The notes under the pieces are model-generated. The model made no database searches, was not told where the DNA came from, and worked only from the letters and a program-made list of their open reading frames with translations. A stretch of DNA of 64,000 nucleotides from Octopus vulgaris (taxonomy: Eukaryota): the NCBI GenBank assembly GCA_951406725.2, contig OX597823.1, positions 111,848,001 through 111,912,000 of the forward strand, written 5' to 3'. Made by a program: the position numbers and the translations under genes. Each line of letters begins with the position of its first letter. Positions within the stretch are counted from its first letter, which is position 1. This document shows positions 1-11,726 of this stretch, piece after piece.

Positions 1-443
1 AAAAAAATATTATACAAAATAAAAGTAAAATAATATATTTTCTATTTTCCATCATTGTAATTGCTTTCTTGGTTTGTGTTATTATTAGTAGAAGGAAAAT
101 ATATATTCCTTTTCTTGCAGGAATAACCATTTTGAAAACAGAATTATTATTATCATTATTTATTTGTTTGTATTTATTATTTTTTTTTTTAGACTATCCT
201 GATAATGAATTGAGAAATGTGTGAATCATATATTAGTTATTACTGAAGTTCTTTGTTAATTACTACTTTTTAGTCAAAAAATTCTTAATGTCAAAATATA
301 TGATATTAAATCCATAATGTCAAAGAAAAGATATGCTCTGAAATATATATATATATATATAGTGTGTGTTTGTGTGTGTGTGAGCCTAGCGATTGTTCAG
401 AGCTCTACATCAAAAAATGCGGACTCACCTTTATAAGACAGAG

Positions 444-487
<44 letters not shown>

Positions 488-750
488 TAGATAGATAGAT
501 AGACAGCATTCTACAAGTGATTGAGGTTACATTTCTTGAAATTATATTGTGCTTAGTTAGCCTGACACCCACATCTCTTACAACCATCCATAGAACTTAG
601 AGTTATTTAAGCTCATTTATTCATATGATCATTATAAAACTATATGTATATCGATCTATCTGTCCATCCATCCATCCATCCATCCATCCATCTGTCTATC
701 TGTCTGTCCATCCATCTGTCTGTCTGCCTGTTTGTCTATCTGTCTGTATG

Positions 751-823
<73 letters not shown>

Positions 824-857
824 TCCTATATATGAGTTTATATATATATATGAAGTA

Positions 858-1417
858 GAGGCACAATGGCCCAGTGGTTAGGGCAGCGGACTCACGGCTG
901 TAGGATCGTGGTTTCGCTTCCCAGACTAGGCTTTGTGAGTGTTTATTGAGTGAAAACAGCTAAATCTCCCCGTGGCTCTGGCAGGGGGTGGTTTGCGAAC
1001 CCTGCTACTCTTTAATCCCAACTTCCTCTCACTCTTTCTTTCTGTTTCTGCTGTACCTGTATTTCAAAGGGCCAGCCTTGGCACACTCTGTATCATGCTG
1101 AATCTCTCCAAGAACTACATTAAGGGTACACGTGTCTGTGGAGTGCTCAGCCACTTACACGTTAATTTCACGAGCAGGCTGTTCCCTTGATCGGATCAAC
1201 CGGAACCCTCGTCGTCGTAACCGATGGAGTGCTTCCTTCCTTAATTTCAAAGGGCCAGCCTTGGCATACTCTGTATCATGCTGAATCTCTCCAAGAACTA
1301 CATTAAGGGTACACGTGTCTGTGGAGTGCTCAGCCAGTTGCACGTTAATTTCACAAGCAGGATGCTCTGTTGATTGGATTAACTGGAACCCTCGTCTTCG
1401 TAACCGATGGAGTGCCA
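858..1417 (+). mobile_element. tRNA-derived SINE (family C) with tandemly duplicated ~175-bp 3' segment
   Basis: Head GGCACAATGGCCCAGTGGTTAGGGCAGCGGACTC..GGTTTCGCTTCCC has A/B-box-like motifs and recurs at 19689, 56617 (-) and 61940; segment 1061-1233 is repeated at 1244-1417. Confidence 0.8.
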
Positions 1418-1434
1418 ACAGTATATATATGTGT

Positions 1435-1672
1435 TGGCACATAAAAAGCACCAACTGATCGTCGCTGCTGCCAGCCTCCCCTGGCACCTGTGCTGGTGGC
1501 ATGTAAAAAGTACCCACTACACTCACGGAGTGGTTGGCCTTAGGAAGGGCATCCAGCTGTAGAAACACTGCCAGATTAGACTGGAGTCTGGTGCAGCCTC
1601 ATAGCTTCCCAAACCCCGGTCGAACCATCCAACCCATGCTAGCAGGGAAAACGGACGATAAATGATGATGAT
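1435..1672 (+). mobile_element. Short retroposon family B, 3' part ending in (GAT)n
   Basis: Shares CACTACACTCACGGAGTGGTTGGC..AGGAAGGGCATCCAGCTGTAGAAAC..AACCCATGCTAGCA with copies at 3072-3765, 28010-28480 and 42515-43090. Confidence 0.75.
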
Positions 1673-1957
1673 ATATATATATATATGCATCGTCATCATT
1701 TAACATCTGCTTTCCATGCTGGCATGGGTTGGAAGGTCTAACACAAAGCTTTAACATTGAACTATGCTAACCACATCAAACTATGGCAAATTTGCCAAAA
1801 GTTTCACACTCATCTAGATTTAGGAACCGAAACAGCAACACATCAGAAAATAAATCCAAAAATATGAAATAGGAACAATTAATTTTAATGGAAATATGCA
1901 AAAACAGTTAGTAAATCTGATCCTTTTATATTTACTTTGGGTGTGTGTTTGCATGTA

Positions 1958-1968
<11 letters not shown>

Positions 1969-1990
<22 letters not shown>

Positions 1991-2448
1991 GGGAAGGGGG
2001 TGAGAGTGAGAGGGGGAAGGGGAGAGTGTGAGAGTGAGAGAGAGTGAGAGAGAGAAAGAATGGGAGTGAGAGAGGGAGAGACAGCAAGAAAGATAAGGAG
2101 AGAGAAAGAAGGGGGAGAGAGTGAGAGAGAGAGATAGCGAGAGAGAGAGATAGAAAGAGAGACAAGAAATGAGAGAGCTAGAGAGAGAGAGAGATGGCGA
2201 GAGAGAGAGATAGCAAGAGAGACAAGGAGAGAGAGTGAGAGTGCTAGAGAGAGAGAGATAGTGAGAGAGAGAGATAGTGAGAGAGAGAGATAGTGAGAGA
2301 GAGAGATAGTGAGAGAGAGAGATAGCAAGAGAGACAGGGAGAGAGAGAGAGAGCATTAGAGAGAAAGAGATAGTGAGAGAGAGAGAGATAGCATGAGAGA
2401 CAGGGAGAGAAAGAGAGAGACAGACAGAGACAGAAAGAGACAGAGAGA
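1969..2448. repeat. Degenerate (GA)n polypurine tract
   Basis: About 480 bp of GA repeats with GATAGT/GACA interruptions; explains the Ser/Leu ORFs. Confidence 0.95.
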
Positions 2449-2912
2449 AAAGTTCATGATCATTGACCATTTATGTCCTGTTTTCAGTTTTTCTGTGACC
2501 CTTAAAAAGAAGGTTATCCTCACTCTTGTTACCCAACCCAAATACATGAAATGATATGAACTCTGCTAAAGGCACTTAAGGTTTCAGGGATTTAGATTAA
2601 ACAGGATGATGGATTAAGTCTACCAGCCAAGTAAGCTACACCATCATTTCAATTCAGACCACAAAGAATCAGAAAAAAACCTGTCTGGTATTTTGTCAAA
2701 CTGTAATATTTCTGATCTGGGCTGGTATTATATTTTACCAAATCTAAAAAGATGAAAAACCAAGAAGACCATTGCTGGATTTGAACACATAATACCCCAA
2801 GTCAAACTATTTTACTCCATATTATTTTGTCGTATACTCTAATGACAATTAATTCATTGTCTTCTGACCCTCTTTCTCCCTGCTCCTACTAAATATTTAT
2901 AATATATAGATG

Positions 2913-3734
2913 TAGGAGTGGCTGTGTGGTAAGTAACTTGCTTACGAACCACATGGTTCCGAGTTCAGTCCCACTACATGGCACCTTGGGCAAGTCTCTT
3001 CTATTATAGCCTCGGATCGACCAAAGCCTTGTGAGTTCATTTGGTAGACGTAAATTGAAAGAAGCCCGTCGCACTATCCGACTCGTGGCCGATGCCAGCG
3101 CCGCCTCCACTGGCTTCTGTGCCGGTGGCACGTAAAATACACCAATCTGACCGTACGACAGGCACCCATGCCAACCCCATTGCTTGCGAAGACATGTTGG
3201 GGCAAGCGAAATCGAATTGAACCAGCCAGGTTCCCTGGTCTGGTGGTACGTAAAAAGCACTATCCGACTCGTGGCCGATGCCAGCGCCGCCTCCACTGGC
3301 TTCCGTGCCAGTGGCACGTAAAATACACCAATCTGACCGTACAACAGGCACCCATGCCAACCCCCTTGCTTGCGAAGACATGTTGGGGCAAGCGAAATCG
3401 AAATCGAATTGAACCAGCCAGGATCCCTGGTCTGGTGGTACGTAAAAAGCACCATCCGACTCGTGGCCGATGCCAGCACCGCCTCGTCTGGCTTCTGTGC
3501 CGGTGGCACATAAAATACACCAATCCGACCGTGGCCGTTGCCAGCCTCGCCTGGCACCTGTGCAGGTGGCACGTAAAAAGCACCCACTACACTCACGGAG
3601 TGGTTGGCGTTAGGAAGGGCATCCAGCTGTAGAAACACTGCCAGATAAGACTGGAGCCTGGTGCAGCCTTCTGGCTTCCCAGATCCCCGGTCGAACCATC
3701 CAACCCATGCTAGCATGGAGAACGGACGTTAAAC

Positions 3735-3807
<73 letters not shown>

Positions 3808-3965
3808 GTGTGTATATGTTTGTAAGTCTGTGTTTGTCCCCCCAACATTGCTTGACAACTGATGCTGGTGTGTTTATGTACCCGTAACTTAGTGGTTCAG
3901 CAATAGAGATTAACAGAATAAGTATTAGGCTTACAAAGAATAAGTCCAGGGGTCGATTTGCTCAA
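2913..3965 (+). mobile_element. tRNA-derived SINE family A, split at its internal microsatellite by a family-B element
   Basis: Head 2913-3071 (TGGCTGTGTGG A-box-like, GAGTTCAGTCC B-box-like, CCTTGGGCAAG); body resumes after (GAT)n(TA)n at ~3800. Confidence 0.85.
3072..3765 (+). mobile_element. Family B element with internal ~190-bp tandem units
   Basis: CACTATCCGACTCGTGGCCGATGCCAGCGCCGCC recurs at ~3072, ~3258 and ~3450; standard B tail then (GAT)n. Confidence 0.8.
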
Positions 3966-4234
3966 ATTAGCCCCTACTCTTTGTGGTTATTTATAAAAGA
4001 AAATATCCTGATGAGTCTCTCAGCAAAATACTTGCAACACATTTGAACTTAAAACTTGTAAACAAAGTGTCCAATACCTCATTCACTCATCTTATTTCTT
4101 CTAGTCTTCATGTATCAATTTTACTATTATGCAAATTTGATTTATGTACTAATTGTACTATTATACCAACTTCATTGATATAACAATTTCTCATTTGTAT
4201 TTGGTTTGCAAGATTCTTGAAACATATTGTGTTG

Positions 4235-4678
4235 TGTCTCACAATGGCCATTATGTTAGTAATAAACATGTGCACTAGGTCTATTTCACTTCTTTTATTG
4301 TTGTTAATCAATTGGTTAACCATTTAACCACTTAATCAACTGGTTGATTAAATGTTCAATCAATCAATCACTTAGCTCGCTTTGTCAAAATCGCTTCATT
4401 GTCATTCATGACCTATAAATGACAAGTTCTCTCTACTCCAGATATGCTTCAGGTCTGTCTGGAGTTAAGGGGGCATATGATTGATGAGGTCATGAATGGC
4501 AATGAAAGGATTTTGTCAAAATTATTGATTGACTGATTGATTGATCGAATATTTAATCAATCTATTAGTTAACCAGTTAAGTAGTTAACCAGTCGACTAA
4601 TAATAACAATAATAAAAGATGTGAAATAAAACCAGTGCATGCATATATTCCTTACATAATGACCCTCACAAGAGACAA
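4235..4678. repeat. Diverged ~445-bp fold-back (MITE-like) inverted repeat
   Basis: Left arm e.g. TTCATTGTCATTCATGACCT..ACTCCAGA pairs with right arm TCTGGAGT..AGGTCATGAATGGCAATGAA; outer TGTCTC/GAGACA. Confidence 0.75.
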
Positions 4679-5932
4679 ATAAAAAGAAAAAAAAGCCGTT
4701 TACTGATATTCCTATTTCACCATTCCTTTACTAATTTGGCTGTTTTAGTAATTCTTCAGGTATTCCAAGTTAATTACCATACCACTTTCACTGTTGCATT
4801 AATTTTCACATTATATCATTTTGGCTGTTACTCCAACTCAGGGCTAAACAATTACAGCAACAGTACTGGCTTTTGAGCAATATTCTTTTACATTTATATT
4901 TTTTCTTCAGCAAGAAATTTGATCTGCAGTTGTCATATTCCATCAATAATCTCATCAATAATTAAGCTTGTATATTGCTATTTATTTCTTTATTCTTCAC
5001 TTTTTTATCCTCACAGAAACCATTAAAATATTTTGTCATATTCTCCTGTCCTACTCTTCCATGATTATTGGCATATTGGTTTAGACAAAATATAACTTGA
5101 GAAATTATTTTCTGAAGATACCTTTAAGTAAATTTTGGAAACAAGAAGACATCTCTATTCTTCACAAGTTACCCCTTTATCTCTTATATTAGATTCTACT
5201 TTTTCTTGAGAATTGTCAATATTTTCTTAAATAATTACATATACCAGAGTGCTTCATAGAATAAAGTAGATAATCATTAGTAAATGTTTTGCAAGGAGAA
5301 GTTTTCTGTCTTGTTACAAAATTATTTATTGTTTAAGATTTAGAGTTTTATTTGTTTTGTAAGTGACTGTTTGGTATAAGACTGTTGAAGTTGAAACAAT
5401 GATGAGTTAAATAAGCAACTTAAAAGACACACACGCAGACATACACTCATACACACACACACACATTTGTGTAAGAACACATATTTGTGTGTTTGTGTGT
5501 GTGTGTGTATCTATCTATAGACTGATATATAGATAGATAGATGCTTGTCAATATATATATCAGTGCATGTGTGTATGTGTATGTGTGCATATGAAGGTGT
5601 GATTGTATGCAGGTGTATATCTGTATGTAACAAATTATTTGTTAGGTTCCTTTGAATCAAGATTATTTTAATTAATCAGTGCACCAATTAACCAGGGTTG
5701 AGAATAGCAAATTCATGTGTGTATCATATACAGACACTTATGCATATATCAATGCATATATGGACATTGCCTAACACATACATTTACATATGCATGGACA
5801 GATCGATATACACATTTATATGAGTATACATGTATACAAAATTATATACATGCATGCTGGCATGCAGTTTCATGATCCACTTTGAGTTCCAGACCCAATG
5901 TAGGAAAGGTTCTAGGTGTGGTGCTTACATAA

Positions 5933-6360
5933 GTGCAGGAGTGGCTGTGTGGTAAGTAGCTTGCTTACCAACTACATGGTTTCGGGTTCAGTCCCACTGC
6001 ATGGCACCTTGGGCAAGTGTCTTCTACTATAGCCTCAGGCCAACCAAAGACTTGTGGGTGGATTTGGTAGACGGAAACTGAAAGAAGCCCATCGTATACA
6101 TGTGTATATATATATATATATATATGTACGTGTGGTATATGTTTTTGTGTCTGTGGTTGGCCCCCTGCCCAACTGATGCTGGTGTGTTTACGTCCCCGTA
6201 ATTTAGTGGTTTGGTAATAAGAGACCAATAGAATAAGTACTAGGCTTACAAAGAATAAGTCCTGGGGTCAATTTGTTCAACTAAAGTCTTAATGGCAGTG
6301 CTCCAACATGGTCACAGTCAAATGACTGACACAAGTAAAAGAATAAAAAAATAAAAGAAT
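5933..6360 (+). mobile_element. SINE family A, full length
   Basis: tRNA-like head, internal (TA)n/(TG)n, tail ..CAGTCAAATGACTGAC/AACAAGT(AAAAGAAT)n. Confidence 0.9.
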
Positions 6361-6651
6361 ATATAAGAAAAGTGATCACGAAGGAATAAATGATCATATC
6401 ATTAACTTCATTAGCTTACAGCTGTTTCCATAATTACATGCAGTTGACTCATTGCTGAGTGCCCGAGTAACACTTTCTAGTTCCATCTGAACTCAACTAA
6501 CATTTCATTGAGAAGCATATATATATTGAGTTCTACACCAGGCTATTAGCATTGCAATGCCTAAGGGAAGTTGTAAGCAAGTATCCTTTATTACCAGTCT
6601 TTCATGGAAACTTGTTCAGTTGGTGGAAATATTAACTTACTTGTTAATAAG

Positions 6652-6882
6652 AAGGCGGTGAGCTGGCAGAAGCGTTAGCATGCTGGGCGAAATTCTTAGC
6701 AGTATTTTGTCTGCCACTACATTCTGAGTTCAAATTCCACAAAGGTCGACTTTGCCTTTCATCCTTTTAGGGTGGATTAAGTACCAGTTACACAGTGGAG
6801 TCGATATAATTGACTTAATCCGTTTGTCTCTCCTTGTTTGTCCTCTCTGTGTGTAGCCCCTTGTGGGCAGTAAAGAAATAAG
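6652..6882 (+). mobile_element. SINE family D
   Basis: AAGGCGGTGAGCTGGCAGAA..GAGTTCAAATTCC..GGTCGACTTTGCCTTTCATCC; related copies at 7613-8005, 18268-18465 and 51113-51345 (-). Confidence 0.8.
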
Positions 6883-7025
6883 GAAAAATTTGACTTACTT
6901 GGAAACTGGCAAGTCCTGGCAAGTGGAAGTACATCTGCTTATACAAGATCTCCCTCAATAAACTCTATGTGACCCATGCAAGCATGGAAAAGTGGGCATA
7001 AAATTGCTGCTGCTGATGCCATTAA

Positions 7026-7246
7026 CCCTTTCATTACTGAATTTATTATGAGATTTTTTGTGTTTCTTTCAATTACTTTAAATATAACAAAGAATTCAGT
7101 AAAATAACTTAGTTATCATTAAGCTAGTGTTAGGAACATAAATTTTGACCAAGGTTTGGTGGAAGATTTTAATTCAAAACTTATGAAAACAAGACATTCG
7201 TACTACAGAGCCAGAGCTGGTTTCAGCCGGGTTGGTAGTGAAAGGG
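7026..7246. mobile_element. 221-bp piggyBac-type MITE
   Basis: TTAA on both sides (7022-7025, 7247-7250); TIRs CCCTTTCATTAC / GTAGTGAAAGGG; two more copies at 29768-30231. Confidence 0.85.
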
Positions 7247-7612
7247 TTAATGGTCATAATGACGATGATAGAGAATCATCTAAAAAGCAACACTAAAAAA
7301 CTATTCCATAAATGGTACTAAATTTAAAAAGTCAAAATCAAAAGAATTTTATCACAAACAATTTCATAAACAAAAGGTAAAAAAGATAGTCTGGAACTGC
7401 AAATAAGAAAATCTAACAGAAACACACACACACACACACAAACACAAACACACAAACACACACACACACACACAAAAATAAAATGGAAAAAGTAGTTATA
7501 TTTATATCTTTGCGTTATGTTTACCTCAAATTTTTATCATCATTGTTATCATTACTAACATCATCACCATCAACATTCTCTTCATAAATATCATTATTAT
7601 TGTCGGCATTAA

Positions 7613-8005
7613 GAAGGCAGTGAGCTGGAAGAATTGGTAGCATGCTTGTCTGTCTTTTATGTTCTGAGTTCAAATTCCACTAAGGTCGACTTCGCCTGTC
7701 ATTCTTTCAGGGTCAAAAAATTAAGTCCCAGGTCTGTACTGGGGTTGATCTAATCAACTGCCCTCCCCACTCCTCAAAACTTTTGAGCCTTGTGTCTAGA
7801 GTAGAAATGAATCATTAGCACACTGCATGAAATGCTTACTAATATTTCGCCTGTCACTACGTCCTGAGTTCAAATTCAGTTGAGGTCGACTTTGTCTTTC
7901 ATCCTTTAGGGTTCGATAAATTAGGTACCAGTTGAGTTCTGGGGTCGATGTAATTGACTTGACCCCTCTCCCCAAATTTCAGGCCTTGAACCTATATCAG
8001 AAATG
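7613..8005 (+). mobile_element. Two tandem diverged family D SINEs
   Basis: Two GAGTTCAAATTC..AGGTCGACTT motifs at ~7666 and ~7866. Confidence 0.7.
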
Positions 8006-8227
8006 ATCATTATTGGCATTAATATCATAATCTGTATTATCATAAGCATCGTCACAATCACCATACAACTACAGGCATTTGTCTTGCCATATTTTGGTTT
8101 CTGTCTCACTCTCTTTCTCTCTCACACACATGCACACACACTTTGGCCTCTGTCTCTATCTTTCTGTTACATATAGGTATATATATGCATACAACCATAC
8201 CTTCATACATATATGCATACATACATA

Positions 8228-9516
8228 CAGGGTGGGGAAGCAAAATTTACAATGAACTTTAAGTAGTCTTTTCTCAGCAGGCACTAAGTCAATTGTTTTG
8301 AAACCTAGCATATATTGATGTCATACTCATACCTAACACTATTATCCTTACCTTTTCAGAAACTTTTGCCCATATGAGTAATCAGGAAAGCAAAAGTTAA
8401 AGAGGGTGTGATTTGCTGAATGCACTCGTCACACCAAAGGAGATTTCAAGAATAGTTGGAGTGTCCATAAAGACTGTTTATAATGTAAAGAATAGAATGA
8501 CTATGAGCAAAACTATTAGAGGAAGTCTGGAAGTGGAGGAATCAACAAAAAACATACCATAGCTTTTATTAAAGCTCTCAAATCCAAAATCCTAAAGGAT
8601 CCAACCAAATTCATGAGAAAAATGGCAATTGAAGTTGAGGTAGACAACAAGACCATTAGAAATGCAGTAAAATATGATTTGAGGTTAAAATCTTACACAA
8701 GAACACCAAAACACTTGTTGACAACAGCTATGAAGGAAAAGAGATTGGAAAGGTGCAAGAAAATTATTACATGGTTCAAGAAAATGTCCTCCATTGTAAC
8801 AATCCTTTCAGATGAAAAGATCTTCACTGTCGATGCTGTTCTGAACTGCAGAAATGACAGATTTATCGCAAAATCAACAGCTGAGGTTAAGGGGACATTC
8901 AAAACAAAACATCCTGCTCAAGTTATGGCTTTTGGTGTTGTGGCTTCCGATAGAAAGAAAATGCCTATAAAATTCTACAAAGCTGATGAAAAGATCAATG
9001 TTAATACTTACTACAAGACTCTGAGATACCAGGTATTGCCATGGCTTAAAGCAAACTACCCAGATGGTAATTATGTATGGACACAGGATGGTGCTCCAGC
9101 CCACACAGCTAGAAAAATACAAGATTTCTGCAAATCCAACTTAAGCAATTTTTTGGAATCATGTTTATGGCCACCTTCTAGCCCAGATCTAAACCCTCTG
9201 GATTATGCTATTTGGGGCGTTTTAGAACATGCTACCAATAGAACATCACACAGCAATGTCGACTCTCTTAAAGATACTATTAAAGAAGAATGGGAGAAGT
9301 TGTCTCCCGAATATTTGAGGAACACTTGTGCAAGTTTCAGGAAGCGTGTGAAGGCAGTTATTGAGAAAGAAGGAGGACACATAGAATAAAAATATTTTCT
9401 ATTATGTAAATTTTCTTGTGGCAAATAAATTCTCATGATTTTCAATAAACTAATTGGTCATACAATGACTTTCAATCCCTGCCTCAAAATATTGTAAATT
9501 TCGCTTCCCCACCCTG
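8228..9516 (+). mobile_element. Full-length 1289-bp Tc1/mariner transposon, DD37D (maT) family
   Basis: 26-bp TIRs CAGGGTGGGGAAGC(A/G)AAATTTACAAT with 1 mismatch; TA on both flanks; transposase inside. Confidence 0.95.
8374..9389 (+). pseudogene. DD37D transposase; catalytic part (8613-9389) open, N-terminus broken by a TAA (8398-8400) and a frameshift near 8519
   Basis: Motifs ILSDEKIF, WTQDGAPAH, WPPSSPDLNPLDY with 37 aa between the 2nd and 3rd D; upstream HTH-like EISRIVGVSIKTVYNV in a different frame. Confidence 0.9.
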
Positions 9517-9589
9517 TACATACACACATACATATTGACAAGCATCTACATATGCATATATAGATATATATGCATATATATATATATAT

Positions 9590-9994
9590 CTTTTTCTCTT
9601 TTTACTTGTTTCAGTCATTTTGACTGTAGCCATGCTGGAGCACCACCTTTAATCAAGCAACTCGACCCTGGGACTTATTCTTTGTAAGCCCAGTACTTAT
9701 TCTATCAGTCTCTTTTGCTGAACCGCTAAGTGACGGGGACATAAACACACCAGCATCAGTTGTCAGGCAATGCTAGGGGGACAAACACAGACACACAAAC
9801 ATACATGCACATACATATATATACATATATACGACGGGCTTCTTTCAGTTTCCGTCTACCAAATCCACTCACAAGGCTTTGATCGGCTCGAGGCTATAGT
9901 AGAAGACACTTGCCCAAGGCGCCACGCAGTGGGACTGAACCCGGAACCATGTGGTTGGTAAACAAGCTACTTACCACACAGCCACTCCTGAGCC
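9590..9994 (-). mobile_element. SINE family A
   Basis: Reverse complement of the family A consensus, full length. Confidence 0.9.
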
Positions 9995-10023
9995 TATATA
10001 TATATAATAATAATATATAATAG

Positions 10024-10755
10024 TAATAATAAGGGTAAAATTAATTAATTAATTAATAATTAATAATTCCACCAAGTAGTGATTTGGTATGTAAAAGACC
10101 ATTATCGGTTAATTTAAACAATATTTGTTATAATAAGGGTTAGGCAAAGGAATTTGCTTCACCTCACACCGAACTTTAGAAATAGCAGCCAAAAGAAAAA
10201 AACAAGCTATTTCTTCTCCTGTAAGAAACAACTCCCAAACAATATATGCTCAAAAACGTATCATGTAGGCAGAGAAAGAAAACAACGAATTTCACCCGGA
10301 CGCATTTCGAAATTAGATAGATATGAAAAATGCAAGAATCGCACTTCCATTCTGATCCTTTTTCTCATCAGCACAGTATTTCCATATATTTTAAATTTGG
10401 TAGCACTGAAAAAACCTGAACATACCCATCTGATTCCAGTAACATCAGACAAATTATATCCGTGAACAGTACTGCTGAATTCAAAACATGCGAATGAGGT
10501 CCCGCAACTCTCCCTCGTCCACCCACGTGTGTTGTTAAGCAAAAATTCTACAGAAGAAAACTGTAGTTTACTGTCAGGGAGGGAATTGTATTATCAATAA
10601 TAATAATAAGAGTAAAATTAATTAATTAATTAATAATTAATAATTCCACCAAGTAGTGATTCGGTATGTAAAAGACATTCTTTTGGCTGCTATTTCTAAA
10701 GTTCGGTGTGTGGTGAAGCAAATCCTTTTGCCTAACCCTTATTATAACAAATATT
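10024..10755 (-). mobile_element. Non-coding Penelope-like/retrozyme-like element: 577-bp monomer with 76-bp terminal direct repeat plus 78-bp inverted tail
   Basis: 10024-10099 = 10601-10676 (2 mismatches); 10120-10197 is inverted at 10678-10755; hammerhead core inside. Confidence 0.65.
10293..10377 (-). ncRNA. Type I hammerhead ribozyme-like motif
   Basis: Minus strand: CTGATGA-GAAA[loop]TTTC-GAAA-TGCG-TC; complete core, stem II GAAA/TTTC, stem III ATGCGT (near-palindrome); stem I weak. Confidence 0.65.
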
Positions 10756-10759
10756 ATAT

Positions 10760-10917
10760 AGGAGTGGCTGGGTGGTAAGTAGCTTGCTAACCAACCACAT
10801 GGTTCCGGGTTCAGTCCCACTGTGTGGCATCTTGGACAAGTGTCTTCTGCTATAGCCCCGGGCCGACCAATGCCTTGTGAGTAGATTTGGTAGACGGAAA
10901 CTGAAAGAAGCTTGTCG

Positions 10918-10952
<35 letters not shown>

Positions 10953-11175
10953 GTGTTTGTGTGTCTGTGTTTGTCCCCCTAGCATTGCCTGACAACCGAT
11001 GCTGGTGTGTTTACGTCCCTGTCACTTAGCGGTTCGGCAAAAGAGACCGATAGAATAAGTACTGGGCTTACAAAGAATAAGTTCCGGGGTCAATTTGCTC
11101 AACTAAAGGCGGTGCTCCAGCATGGCCGCAGTCAAATGACTGAAACAAGTAAAAGAGTAAAAGAGTAAAAAGAGT
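10760..11175 (+). mobile_element. SINE family A
   Basis: Full length with (AAAAGAGT)n tail. Confidence 0.9.
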
Positions 11176-11581
11176 ATATATGAAAGGTTAGAAAATGCAA
11201 TTTTAAAGATGCTTATTCACTTGACTGGTTTCACTTTTTTAGAAAAAGATTGTCAGAAGTGAAATGTAAAGCTTTGTATAAGCTTTGTCGTGTCAAGTAC
11301 TGGTTGTCACAAAAGTATTAAAATACAGATATACATTCTGTGGTAATAATAAGAAAATGTTAAATGTTTTTAAGAAAATGAAAACGTTTTTAACATTTTC
11401 TTATTATTATCAAAGAATGCATATATGTATTTTAATACCTTTGTGACAACCTGTACTTAACACAACAAAGCTTCTGCAAAGCTTTACATTTTACTTTTGA
11501 CAATCTTTTTCTGAAACAGTGAAACCGGTCAAGTGAATAAACATCTTTAAAATTGCATTTTCAAACCATTCTGTCATATAT
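11176..11581. repeat. Long palindrome (~190-bp arms, ~24-nt spacer) with a hammerhead-like motif in each arm
   Basis: Arms 11176-11364 / 11389-11581; motif TTCACTT-CTGACAA-tcttttt..aaaaagt-GAAA-CC(A/G)G-TC-AAGTGAA at 11216-11263 (-) and ~11490-11537 (+). Confidence 0.8.
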
Positions 11582-11726
11582 ATTTCCACTCGTGCGGTAC
11601 CTTACAATTTCACTTTACTATATATATATATATATGCATGAACTTTTCTAAACTTTTTTGTACTTTCTGTTTTTCCTATTGTCGTTTCTCTCAATCCGCA
11701 CTTGTCGCCATGATAGATTGCTTGCC

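Noticed and set aside
2889-3716. 275-aa ORF with internal repeats
   Set aside because: It spans a SINE head and a GC-rich minisatellite in family B; it is open in several frames and has no domain signature.
4005-4045. CTGATGA at 4008 as a hammerhead core
   Set aside because: No GAAA or supporting stems follow. Other isolated CTGANGA hits (e.g. ~4755 minus, 5112, 24085 minus, 52106 minus) also lack consistent helices.
4690-5330. Possible highly decayed LINE reverse transcriptase on the minus strand
   Set aside because: Only vague motif resemblance with many stops; needs a tBLASTx/HMM search.
9770-9961. Recurrent ORF '..YDGLLSVSVYQIHSQGFGRPEAIVEDTCPRCHAVGLNPEPCGW' appearing many times
   Set aside because: It is the antisense translation of the family A SINE head, not a protein family.
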